Shown here: positions 11,801 through 23,860 of the stretch, piece after piece
Layout: each line of letters opens with the position of its first letter
Numbering within the stretch: position 1 is the first letter of the stretch
Notes under the pieces: model-generated
Databases searched by the model: none
What the model saw: only the letters and a program-made list of their open reading frames with translations
What the model was told of the DNA's origin: nothing
Made by a program: the position numbers and the translations under genes
Assembly: GCA_001179505.1 (NCBI GenBank)
Contig: CDMY01000624.1
Location: 1-64,000, forward strand
DNA length: 64,000 nucleotides
Reading direction: 5' to 3'
DNA from: Vitrella brassicaformis CCMP3155
Lineage: Eukaryota > Protista > Chromerida

Positions 11801-12069
11801 CAGCTCGGTTTGCGGGTTCAGTTCAGGGCGCTGGCAAGGTCTCGGAATCGCCTTAGGCCATTCCTTCGCGAGGCGTCATGATGATCGCTACCTAATCTCG
11901 CACTCCCAAAAGACACAATCGTCGCCTGGCAGGAGTCAAGTTGTTTACAAGTCCACGTTGGCCGAAAGAAGCTGAAGGGTGAAGCACACGATCACAAACG
12001 TGAGCGCGTCACATCAGATACGCAGCAACAGATCAGTATGAGCATGTGTTATGTGTGTCGTTATGCAGG

Positions 12070-13353
12070 TCATCCATTGCCAATGCCCCGTTTCGTGGGA
12101 CCATGCTACGAGGTGATTTGCTCGCCTGGCGGTGATCTGGTGCCGGGCAGCTTCAATGTCTTGACTGCGGGTGCCATGTTCTCCCTCACCACTACCGAGG
12201 TCTGCAATCTTTCCAGCAGCGGCGTTCGAGACCTCCTCCTTTGCGAGTTCACCTTTGGACGCCTTCCTAGCGATCTGCAGACGGACACGTTCATCGAACG
12301 TGTGGCGGCCGACGTCGAATGTCTTGCTAGAAACTGTCAGGACTGTTCCCAGCTTCGGCGCGACATCGTGAGGCGCACGAGCACAGCAAATGACGGGCGA
12401 ACAAGTGTGTGAATGTGCCTCGGTTCTGCTGTGTGGTGGTCTAGGCATCCGTCCTGCTATCTCAATGGAAGCCTCACCCGCAGATGAGTGGCAGTGGGCA
12501 GGTACATGTGAGTGATGTGGAAGCCGCTGCAACGCATCATCAAGACACCTCTGCGCTGTCTCGCTCTCAGGGCTACCATCTGCAGCCGGCAGCCGACGCA
12601 CAGACGGGTGAGCGGCTGAGAGAAGGCCATGCGCGAGTGCACGCACTCGCATGGCGCGCTTTCTATCGATTGGCCCATCTGTTTTGTGTGTTGCTGTGTG
12701 TCAGATGTGAGAGTGTGGGTGCCGAGTGCGAACGAGGCTGACGTCTTGTCCAAGGCTGAAGAGAAGAATATCAACGCTCGTCGCATTCCTCTGGACGAAG
12801 CCGGAGAAACCCCACCAATGGACTACTGCGTCTGCATTGAGATGAAAGGTCAGCTAAAACACACACACAGACGCAGCCCATTTACTGCATCTGCACATCA
12901 CACATGCCTGGTCAGGTACGACACAGTCGGTCGTGTCTGAGCTGCTCAAGAGCAGCTATCTCGTGGCTGAGCTGCTCAACAGCAGGTATCCCGTGTTGCT
13001 TCAAGTCGGCCATGCAGGCGGTGCGCAGCCTGCCCGTTTGAGCGATGCATTCGGTTACCACGAAGATCTCAACGACGACAATATCCATACGCTCACAGTC
13101 ACACACACTTCCCGCTTGTTGTGGCATGCTCACATTATGTGCATACTTGCTTGTGTCGCGTGTTGTGGTACATTCAGGTACAGGGTGTTGTTTAGTCGGC
13201 CGCAGCCAGCTCACCAGGGAGGACACAATTGTCGTACGGTGTGATGTCATCCGGTTCAGATATGCCCTCACCAACATGATGAAAAAAAGAACCACCGTGT
13301 TCTTGATCCGTCGAAGGCATGCTTTTGGCAAGGTCAGCTATTGTGTGCAGTGA
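12070..13353 (+). CDS. Possible multi-exon hypothetical gene, or degenerate gene
   Basis: Several moderately coding-like ORF pieces (12038-12412, 12705-12850, 12933-13100) separated by GT-AG-like introns. No motif recognised. Confidence 0.3.
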
Positions 13354-14219
13354 CATGAGTGTTTGCACATCTTCCCGTGCGTGCATTCATTAGGTCTCCT
13401 GCGAAGAGGAGAGAGAGGAAACCTTCTTCGAGCAGCCTTGTAGTATGCCCTCGGATTCCACCCGAGCCTATCTGACAGCCATCCGAGGCGCATACGCACG
13501 TCTAAAGGATGACCGCAACTTAACCAACGGCCCCGCCCTCCCGGTGCGCATAGGAAGACAGGCCCACACACATTCAAGGAGAGAAAAATCGCACGGGTGT
13601 CTTCTGTGTTTGGTTGCAATAGGCGCCAATTCCTCCCATCCCCCCTATTGACTTCAACAGCACCATTCATTCATCTGACGGGCGTCCGCGAGCATCTTGG
13701 TTTCATTCCGAGAGCCATTGATTGAAGTTGAATGCTGTGTTGCTACGCCGCAGCTGCCACTAAAGCACGGTTTGATGTATGTGTTAGCGAGTGTTGCTCG
13801 CTAGATGTGGCATTCTTTGTTGGACAGTGCTCCACCGTTGACTGCTGCTTTGTGTATGCCGGACTGTGACTGCGTATGTGTGTGGAGTGCTTGCTTATGA
13901 ATCAGACGAAATGATAGATACATGTGTGCGTCGTGAAAGAGTCATTGACCCAATCATGTCTTCCACGCATCGCAACCAACAAGTCTACTGCCACCAGCCA
14001 CACTCACTCACGCATCCGACGTTGTCGTGCGCGAAAAACTCAGTCGACTTTCACCCAGCCCCCACGCACAGCTCCATCGCAGCCATACATGCATACTGCC
14101 TGTGACACAGACACGTACAGACCAACGACCGCAGCACTGCAGCACTCACTGCGCGCACTCATGCAAACTCCCCTGACACGCACGCACGCACCCTGGCCAC
14201 AAGACAGTCAGGCATCACA

Positions 14220-14988
14220 TCATTGCTGGCCATTCTGCAGTGCCGTGACTGCCCACTCTTCAGCCGTCAGCCCCTGCTGTCCGGCGCCGCTGCCCATACC
14301 GACGACGGTGGCGAAGAGGGCGCCGACTTCCTGGAGGGTGATGGGCGTGTTGAGCATCTCCTTGTGCACCTGCGACTCCGACGATTCGAAGAAGAGGTTC
14401 TTCTCGTGCGTGGTGGTCGTCCAGAAGCGATATGTGGGAGGCTTCTCGCAGGAGAAGCTGATGGCCTGGACGGTGACATCGTAGTCGTCGTCAGCTTGAC
14501 GCACGATGCGCAGCATGTAGCCCGACGCAGAGCCTGCAGACAACGACACAAACACCCCACCGCGATGTACTGTACACTTGTTTCTCCCTCTCTTGTGGCG
14601 TCTACTCACCATTGGGCGTCGCATACGCAAACGATGCGTTCATGATTTTCGTTCCGCGGCGACCGATGAGGCGGATGTCCTCGTTGAGCATGTCTTTGAG
14701 TGCGTCTACTGCACTGTCGAATCTCGCCAACTGCTGAGGCGGGATCTCCTTGCGGAGCGCCTTGGCCTGCTTGGCGCACCAAGTCGGCACACAGGCACCA
14801 GACAGCCCCTCGACTTGATTGCTGAAGTTTCGCAGGCTGAGGGTGTTGAACGAAAAGAGGGGTGGAACCACCAGGGAGCCGGCCTCCGTCCGCTGGTGGC
14901 GCGAGGCGATGGGCTGGCCGTTCTGCCAGAAGGACTTGATGCCATCGAGGACGGCATTCTGCGCAGCATTCGAAAGGGAATCAGACAT
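14220..14988 (-). CDS. Family B hypothetical protein, copy B2
   Basis: ATG 14988 (MSDSLSNAAQNAVLDGIKSFWQN). Phase-1 intron 14609-14534 (GTGAGT...TGCAG) at the same position as in B1. Exon 2 DDDYDVTVQAISF...TTTTHEKNLFFESSESQVHKE. Confidence 0.75.
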
Positions 14989-15083
14989 CGGCGGACGGAA
15001 GGGCCAGCCGAGCTACCGAATTTACTCAGAATTTTTGTAAACTCAGCCCCGTTGATTGCTTGCTCGTCTGTTTGCCTCTCACG

Positions 15084-15979
15084 ATGCCTGACGGTGCGTA
15101 CACTCTTGCGCCTGTGGTGCTGTCAGCGGGAAATGACTTCGAAAACTACAACGACCACGGCGGCAACAAGACGCTGCTCTTCGACGAGCCGGCGGACGCG
15201 CCGGTGCTCCAGACGGCAAAGGGGGTCGAGAGGGAGCTCCGTCAGGGGGCTGCTAGGGCGGGCCTGCCGGCCGTCCTCAGCGACAAATTCTTCTCGGGGA
15301 TGGCCCTCAACATGCACCTGGCAGCGAAGAAGGGGAAGACGTTCGACAAAGTCGAGTGCTTCAACGAAGGCAACGGTACGTAAGCGGGAGGGAGGGCGCA
15401 CAGATCCACATATATATGAGCTCTGCGTGTGGATGCTGCAGGTCAGCTGCTGATTGCAGACGGTCGCAGTGAGAGCGTCGACGGCCGTGTCAGGGGGCGC
15501 GCATCGACGCCATCATCATCTCGTACGGTATCACCAAGCGTGTGGTCAAGACCACGACGGTGACGTGGCACCAGAGAGAGACCCTCGGCTTGATCAGGGG
15601 CCACCGCCATGAAAACAACCATGTCAACATCCAGGAGACGGCCTGCACCAAGCTCAACGGCGAAGCACAGGCACACCTCACCAAGATCAAGGGGGCTTAC
15701 CTCGCCCTCCTCAACAACAGCAACCTGAACGTCGGACCTCAGTTGCCGGTGTGTGCCAACGCCTTCATATCGACCGGCGGCATTCACGCACTCATGGATG
15801 TCTTGTGTCTCTCCTTTCAGTAGGTCCCTGTCGCCCAACGCCCCGTCATCCCGATACACCCGGCGCAACGTTCTCCTCTGCCGATCGTCATCACCGCAGC
15901 CGGCGCACGACATGGCCTGAGTTCACCACCAGGCGGCGCGGCACTGGCACTGGCACTGATGAGGCACAAGCGCATGTGA
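15084..15979 (+). pseudogene. Family A copy with a 2-nt insertion (frameshift) in exon 2
   Basis: Exon 1 is 15084-15375, intron 15376-15441. GGGGGCGCGCATC here versus GGGGGCGCATC in the 16652 copy shifts the frame and gives an early TGA near 15560. A sequencing error is also possible. Confidence 0.65.
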
Positions 15980-16651
15980 GGACAGAGGCTGTCAAGTGTG
16001 TGCGTGTGGGTGTTGACGGGAGGGTGAGACAGAAGGGGAAAGCAGGAGGAGGGCAGGCAGTTTCTGATACTATGTGGCATGACATCTGGGCAGTTTGTGT
16101 CGCGTGTGGTTGCATGAAGGACTGTTGTGTGTGGCGGGTTTGTCGGCATCAGAGGCTGCACGTGAAGCGTGGAGCCTCTAGTGCCGACCACTCGTGTCTC
16201 TGTTCATGTGTGTGAGTGTGTGTGTGTGGAGGGGGTGGAGTTTCTCAGCGGGGCAGTGAAGTCGAGAGAGACAGTGACGACACAGACCGGTGGCTGGGGC
16301 GGGGCGGGGCACACATGAGGGTCAGGGGAGTTCACGTGGGTGTGTGGGCATNNNNNNNNNNNNNNNNNNNNNNNNNNNNNNNNNNNNNNNNNNNNNNNNN
16401 NNNNNNNNNNNNNNNNNNNNNNNNNNNNNNNNNNNNNNNNNNNNNNNNNNNNNNNNNNNNNNNNNNNNNNNNNNNNNNNNNNNNNNNNNNNNNNNNNNNN
16501 NNNNNNNNNNNNNNNNNNNNNNNNNNNNNNNNNNNNNNNNNNNNNNNNNNNNNNNNNNNNNNNNNNNNNNNNNNNNNNNNNNNNNNNNNNNNNNNNNNNN
16601 NNNNNNNNNNNNNNNNNNNNNNNNNNNNNNNNNNNNNNNNNNNNNNNNNNN

Positions 16652-17464
16652 AACAAGACGCTGCTCTTCGACGAGCCGGCGGACGCGCCGGTGCTCCAGA
16701 CGGCAAAGGGGGTCGAGAGGGAGCTCCGTCAGGGGGCTGCTAGGGCGGGCCTGCCGGCCGTCCTCAGCGACAAATTCTTCTCGGGGATGGCCCTCAACAT
16801 GCACCTGGCAGCGAAGAAGGGGAAGACGTTCGACAAAGTCGAGTGCTTCAACGAAGGCAACGGTACGTAAGCGGGAGGGAGGGCGCACAGATCCACACAT
16901 ATATGAGCTCTGCGTGTGGATGCTGCAGGTCAGCTGCTGATTGCAGACGGTCGCAGTGAGAGCGTCGACGGCCGTGTCAGGGGGCGCATCGACGCCATCA
17001 TCATCTCATACGGTATCACCAAGCGTGTGGTCAAGACCACGACGGTGACGTGGCACCAGAGAGAGACCCTCGGCTTGATCAGGGGCCACCGCCATGAAAA
17101 CAACCATGTCAACATCCAGGAGACGGCCTGCATCAAGCTCAACGGCGAAGCACAGGCACACCTCACCAAGATCAAGGGGGCTTACCTCGCCCTCCTCAAC
17201 AACAGCAACCTGAACGCCGGACCTCAGTTGCCGGTGTGTGCCAACGCCTTCATATCGACCGGCGGCATTCACGCACTCATGGATGTCTTGTGTCTCTCCT
17301 TTCAGTAGGTCCCTGTCGCCCAACGCCCCGTCATCCCGATACACCCGGCGCAACGTTCTCCTCTGCCGATCGTCATCACCGCAGCCGGCGCACGACATGG
17401 CCTGAGTTCACCACCAGGCGGCGCGGCACTGGCACTGGCACTGATGAGGCACAAGCGCATGTGA
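16652..17464 (+). CDS. Family A copy, tandem duplicate (5' end hidden in gap), exon 2 intact
   Basis: NKTLLFDEPADAPV...FNEGNG / GQLLIADGRSESVDGRVRGRID...NAGPQLP / probable last exon VPVAQRPVIP...ALALMRHKRM*. The 3' flank diverges from the other copies after about 17700. Confidence 0.75.
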
Positions 17465-18123
17465 GGACAGAGGCTGTCAAGTGTGTGCGTGTGGGTGTTG
17501 ACGGGAGGGTGAGACAGAAGGGGAAAGCAGGAGGAGGGCAGGCAGTTTCTGATACTATGTGGCATGACATCTGGGCAGTTTGTGTCGCGTGTGGTTGCAT
17601 GAAGGACTGTTGTGTGTGGCGGGTTTGTCGGCATCGGAGGCTGCACGTGAAGCGTGGAGCCTCTAGTGCCGACCACTCGTGTCTCTGTTCGTGTGTGTGA
17701 GTGTGTGTGTGAGGGGGCGGATTTTCTTGGCGGGGCAGTGAAGTCGAGAGAGGCGGTGACGAGACACACCCGTGGCTGGGGGAGGGGAGGGGCACACATC
17801 AGGCCAAGGGGGGACAGTCCATGTGTGGTGTGCTTGCGTGTGTATCTCATGTCAGTGTGTGTCATGACGGGAACAATCGAAGTACGTTTCAATCAAATTC
17901 CATCACTCGCTTGCTCCATCCTCGGGAGCCCTCTGATTGGCTGACCATCAGACAGCGAACATGCATTCACACACCGACAGACTGAACGCGTTTCCATTTA
18001 TCGGTATCGTGTATGGTCAATCGCGGTCTCAATTTCGGTCTCTCCGTCCCTCCCTCTATTGCCTATTAGCTCAGCCTATCCACTAGCTAATCTCTACATC
18101 GCCACTGTCATCTCACGAACGAC

Positions 18124-20003
18124 TCACCACTTGAGTCGGTCGCCAAACTCGAAATTGGAGTTGCCCTCGTCAGAACTCTCAGACGAGTCAGACCACCCGG
18201 TGCGCTCCATCCTTCCCTCCCTCCGTCGGCTCGCACCACCACCACCACCGCCGCCATTCGGCCACCAATCCCACCCCCCAGCCCCGCCAAACAGCCACGA
18301 TCGTGGGATCCTATCATACAAAGCCACGTCTGTCTCTCTTTCGTCCCCCTCCCCAGCCTGCGTGTCGCTGGCAGGTGGGGGGCGGGGCAGAGACATGAAG
18401 GCCGAGAGGATGCTGTCTCTGTCTCTGTCTCGCTGCTGCGTGTCGTCCGTTGTGGCGCTTCGCCGCAGCTGCTGTGAGTGCCTGCCTCGCCGTGTTGTGC
18501 GGGGCTCGGAGGAGGGGGAGCTGTGTGCTGGCGGCCGGGGGCGGGAGGAGGGATGCCTGTGACGCTTGGAGGTGCGGCGGGGAGGGATCGGTGGACGCTC
18601 ACCTGACCGAGACACACACGCCGAGGAAGATCGATCAGCCAGCCAGCCAGCCAGCCACCAGAGATCACCTTCATCCCTCTGACCTTTGCTCTTTGCCTTC
18701 TGATCGGCCCTGTCGATTGGCACAGGTGTGGTCCAGTCGGTGCGATAGGTGGTCAAAAGCGGGTCGTCGCTGTCGTCCAGCAGCCCGCGTGTGCGCGCCC
18801 GGAGCGACTCGGATGACGATGACTGTGCTGTCTTGTCACTTGACCATGAGCTGATGGAGAGAGTGCGCTGGTGGGTGATGCACGAGTCGCAGAGGGATGG
18901 GGCGGGAGGGCGAGAGCGGGACTGACGACGGCGGAAAAGCATTGTGAACAAGGGAAACGGCTGACACCAGGAAAGGGGCAGGGAGAGGTCTCCGTCTCTG
19001 TGGTGTCCCTTTGTGTGTGTCTTGCGTGGTCCATGTTATGTTACCTTGCGAAGGACGAAGGCAAAGTAGATGCAGACAGCGATGAAGACAATCAACAAAG
19101 TGGTGCAGATCTGTGTGTGACCAGAGAGAGACACGTCAGACACACGCACCATCATCCATCCCCTCTCCGCCTCTTCACCCATGCTGCGATGATGACAGCG
19201 TCGTACGTCCTGCAGATGGCCTCCGTGTGGCACCGACCATGGATGACGCATGCACACCTCGTCGCCCATTGGCCGTGCTGCGGGCTGCCGTGCGATTCGC
19301 CCCTCATTTGCACAAAGTGTGACCCTCTTCCCCTGTGGCAGCTGGGGTGCTCCATGCGGAAGAGGCCACGGGCCTTGCACAGCAGAGCCCTCACTGCATG
19401 GGACACAGGGTGTCTCGCCCCCGTGGTGTCTCTGATGAGTTGGTCGTCCTCAGTCTCGGTTTCCGCGAAGGTGGGCGGCTCTTTCTTCAAGTTCAGAATC
19501 CGCTGCTCTCCGTCCTTCTGCTGCGCCGTTTCCCCCTCCTCAGTGTGTGTCTTGCCGTCGCTCTCAACCCACGTCTGTCTCACCGAGCCCTGATGCTCGT
19601 GCGGGCGAAACGACAAAGGGGAGTCGCTCGACGACACGCGGAACGGGGCCTTGTTGGCGTTGGTAATCACCCTCCGCCGCTGGCCGTGGAACAGCGCTTG
19701 TAGCAGGACATAGGGCGGCTCCTCAGCATCCATGTGCGCCAAGGAGTAGGGACGCACCGGGGAGAGGGAGCCATCCGAAGGCTGCACGGACACCTCGCGA
19801 GAGTTGTCGTCAGCAGGAGAAGGACGGGGCTGGCTGCGGAGCACGAAATGGGCCGACAGGGGGTTGCGAGAGGCGGCGGGGCCCGGTGCTGCATCATGAT
19901 GTTGCCGCCGGTCTTCGTGTCCAGGTTCCACAATGGTGATGAAGCGGCAGAAGAGGAGAAGCACGAGGGCCGGTTGGTGGTATCGATGAATCCTCATTTG
20001 CAT
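18124..20003 (-). CDS. Low-complexity (Ser/Arg/Pro-rich) hypothetical protein, possibly with an N-terminal hydrophobic segment
   Basis: Overlapping long ORFs 19152-20003 and 18124-18951 joined by GT-AG introns; N-terminal ALVLLLFCRFITIV; no recognised domain. Confidence 0.45.
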
Positions 20004-20288
20004 GTCGCCTTGAGGATGGAGAGAGAAGGTCGACGGTTACAGAAACACCCTTATCGCCAAACAGGGCGGAGAAAGCTGGAGGGCAAGAGAGGGGATGATC
20101 ATCTTGCGAAACTCGAAGGAGCCACAGCAGTCTCGTCAAAGAGCGTCCATCGTCGGCCCCCACAAGCGCGCATGTCGGGGGGAGAAGAAGGGGCGCGTTC
20201 TTCGGCCCATGGACTCATTTGCTTTCGTCCGGATGACGCGGGCCCAGGAGGAGAGCAAAGGTGAGCCCCTGGATGGACGGATGCATTC

Positions 20289-20844
20289 ATGGTGGCATGC
20301 TGGCTGCTGCTCTGCGCTGGGAGGAGGATGCATGCGAAGAAAGGCGATTCACATTGCAGAACGGTCCTTGCCTTGCTGTTTGTCTTGCTGTTCATCATCA
20401 TTCCGTCAGGTTTGGCGCCCTCCGTGGATCAGTTTTTCAAGGATGCATCCTCTGTGGCCACGAGTGCCCAGTGGCAGCAGGTGCAGTACAAGTCCTCCCA
20501 CACATCGCAGCAGTCGACGTCGAGCGATGACGGCCACACAGACAAAATCGGTGAGCAGCCAGGAGAAGGAAGAGGCGCAGGCGCGGCGGCGGCGGGCTGA
20601 TTTCCTTTTTTGCCATCTAGATGCGGAGGAGCTGTTTCGATACATCGAGTGGCGGTTCGGCATCCCCATGCCGCGCGCGTATGGCCCGCCCATCTACCGC
20701 CCCGTGGTGATGACGGGAGCTGCCGGCAGCAAGTACCAGCAGGCGGGCATGGGGGCGGGGATGGGCGTTGGGGGACACGCTGCTGCCACCACCTATCACA
20801 TCTTCAAACGCACACAGGGTGAGACCGACACTACGGCTGACTGA
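20289..20844 (+). CDS. Small two-exon hypothetical protein with a hydrophobic segment
   Basis: TVLALLFVLLFIIIP, GTGAGC donor at about 20551, TAG acceptor at about 20619, then AEELFRYIEWRFGIP...TTAD*. The start codon is uncertain. Confidence 0.45.
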
Positions 20845-21300
20845 AGGGCCTAATTGCGGTAGTGTGCGTGTGTGTGTGTGTGTGTGTCATGCAGGGCAGG
20901 GATAAGTGAGGGTAATGGGTTGGCGGGTGACAAAAGGGGATGTACGGCAGAGGGCAGAGGCGTGTACAGTAGAGTGCGGTGCAGGCAGGTTGGGGTGACA
21001 TGACAGCGTGAATATGTATGGCATGCTCAGGTAGACAGACAGACACCCACCCACCCCACTCCACCACACCACCGGCCTCCAATGGTTCATCAAGCAAGAC
21101 AGACACATAAGTCTGCGTCAGTCTGTGTGCACAGGCACACACATGCCATGCGCCCCGCGCACGTTTGTACGTCCATCTATTGACGTATGCCTGCCTGTGG
21201 GTATGTGTGTGTGTATGCGTGCGCGAAAGACCTACTCGACAACACCCACAAAATGAATGCCATCCATCCATCCACCCACCCAAGTGCCTCCCTCGATCAC

Positions 21301-23860
21301 TCAGCCTGACACAAACGGATCATAGAACTGCACCACGCCCCACCTGCACCCACAAAGACAGGGACAATGCCTGAGTGCTCAGGGGGGGGGTTAAGGCTGG
21401 GCCTTGCTCACTCACTCACCTGCCATTGACCATCCACTTTGGATCGCTCTCGGCTGCTTTCTGTGTCTTGTCCGCCGCCATGCCGCAGCTGCACACACGC
21501 GCAAGTTCATGCGCACATGTGTACCCACATACACACATGTGTTTTCATTCGCCAATCCGCTCACCCCAATTCGGCCTTGAGTGCTCGCAGGGCCAGCATC
21601 CGTGTGGGCGAATACGTCACCACATCAGAGAAGGGCGTTGATAGCGGCCAGTAGCGATCACCTGCAGCACACACACACACACACACATACACACACAGGG
21701 CTGCCTGCATCCTTTGTCCCCCGCACAGACAGCGAAGACCAAACACACCGAGTAGTCGCCTGTAGTTGCAGTCGCCCTTGACGATCATCATGCTGGACTC
21801 GTTTGCCAGTGTCTGCCGGAGGCCCGGTGGCATCTCCCAGAAGGCGTAAGGCTGGTTCCAAAAGCCATCACACTGCAGGACGGGACACACACAGAGGGAG
21901 GGAGGGAGGGAGGGAGCAAAGACGGCGGCGTCTTTGCTCTGTTTTGCGGATGGTGTGTGTGTCTCACGTTGAATTGCCACTTGTTCTCGTCGACGTAGGA
22001 CCGCAATCTCTGGGCGATCTTGACGCATGACGGATACTGCACACGCAACAGGACATCTGTGTGGGGGGGGGGGGNNNNNNNNNNNNNNNNNNNNNNNNNN
22101 NNNNNNNNNNNNNNNNNNNNNNNNNNNNNNNNNNNNNNNNNNNNNNNNNNNNNNNNNNNNNNNNNNNNNNNNNNNNNNNNNNNNNNNNNNNNNNNNNNNN
22201 NNNNNNNNNNNNNNNNNNNNNNNNNNNNNNNNNNNNNNNNNNNNNNNNNNNNNNNNNNNNNNNNNNNNNNNNNNNNNNNNNNNNNNNNNNNNNNNNNNNN
22301 NNNNNNNNNNNNNNNNNNNNNNNNNNNNNNNNNNNNNNNNNNNNNNNNNNNNNNNNNNNNNNNNNNNNNNNNNNGGGGGGGGGGGGCAGATAGGTGTCAC
22401 CTTGTCGGCATCGGTGAGCGAGGCCATGTAGTCGATGGTCTGCTCCGCATCCTTGGGCATCGCATCTGCCCACCAAACCCCATAACCAGCCACCATAGCA
22501 TAGACACACACATAAGTCCGTCCAGTGACTGACAAGATGGCAAGAATGTATGTGCACTGCAAATGTAAGTACCCGAAACGAACACAGGCTGCTCCTTGAG
22601 CTGGAACACCACTTTCTTGGCGATGCCGCACCGCACCAGGCAGTCGGCCAAACACATGTCAGACACCAGCTCAAACCCGGCGTTGTCGGCCACCATGTCC
22701 ACACGAGCCAGCGGCAGCTGCACGTACGCACACATCCCAACACACAACACACGCCATTGCCCTCCCTCCCTCCCTCTCCCCCTCTCTGTCAGTGTCACCT
22801 GTCCTCTGATGCTGTCCCACATCACGGCAAAATCGTCCGCGAGCAGCATCGCGGAGCCCTCGCTCATGGCCTGGTCCACATGTCGGGCGTGGTTCTGCTG
22901 GCTGTCGGCTGATGACGGCCAGAGGGAGAGATCCATCTTGTTGCCCCACAGGGACGCAAACACGTGCAGGTGGAGACCCATAGACTGATCGGGGTCGCTC
23001 TGACATATGCACACACACACATACACCACACACATATGTATGGAGGGGGTCGTGCGTGGGTCATCTCTCGCTGCCTTGCGTCGCCTTGCACCTCGTCGAG
23101 TGACTTTTGTGCCAGCGCTTCGATGGACGGCATGCTGTCGGCGAGCCCGGCCTTTTTCTGCTGCTCAAATGGGTCGATCTGAGTCTGGTACCAATCCACC
23201 GCCTCCAACACACGACTGCAGGCATCGCATCAAGCAAAGAAGGAGGGAGGCATCAACACAGCACATGACGCCCATTTGGCCAGCCACTCACCGATAGAAG
23301 TAGAACTCGGTGATGAGCCACGGTGCGCTCAGCCAGGTGGCCCCCTTATCCACCCACTCGCCCAGCAGCTCCCGCCAGACATCTTTGTCGGGCCCGCCGT
23401 CGCTCTCCCTGATGTGCCGCAGCTTGCTCACACCAGGCTGCTGCAGCTCGGCCTTGAGCTCGTCGAGCTGCCGAATGCATGACGGTGGGAGTGAGGGGTT
23501 TTCCTCGTAGATGCGCGAGAGGATCTCGTCGCGCACACGGCGGGACATCGTGTCATGCGCCTGAATCGTTGCACGCACACACAGAGAGAGAGAGAGATGA
23601 ATGAGCCACTCATCTGAGTGAGTGTGTCTGGCTGATTGACCAACTCAATTACTCACCCACGTGCCAGGCACGTCAGAGAAGATGCGTGGCGGCAGGTCCG
23701 CCCTGGGCATCATGCCGGGCCTCACCGACGCCCGTGTTGCCATGGCTGTTGGTGAAGCAGGCGCATGAAAACCTGACAGCCGCCGCCGAATGAGCCGTGT
23801 TGACGAGGCGAGGGAGGGGAGGATGCAGCTGATGCACAGGGGCACCAGTGGGATGAACAT
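21301..23860 (-). CDS. ARMT1: Damage-control phosphatase ARMT1/DUF89 family, with a possible bipartite targeting leader
   Basis: APWLITEFYFYR, DPFEQQK, LWGNKMDLSL, DNAGFELVSD, KEQPVFVSD, KGDCNYRRLLGD, LRALKAE and WMVNGRWGVVQF form the DUF89 motif series. One gap lies inside the gene. Confidence 0.92.

Noticed and set aside
1-17760. Transposable element as the cause of the duplications
   Set aside because: No transposase, integrase or RT motifs, terminal inverted repeats or target-site duplications were found by eye.
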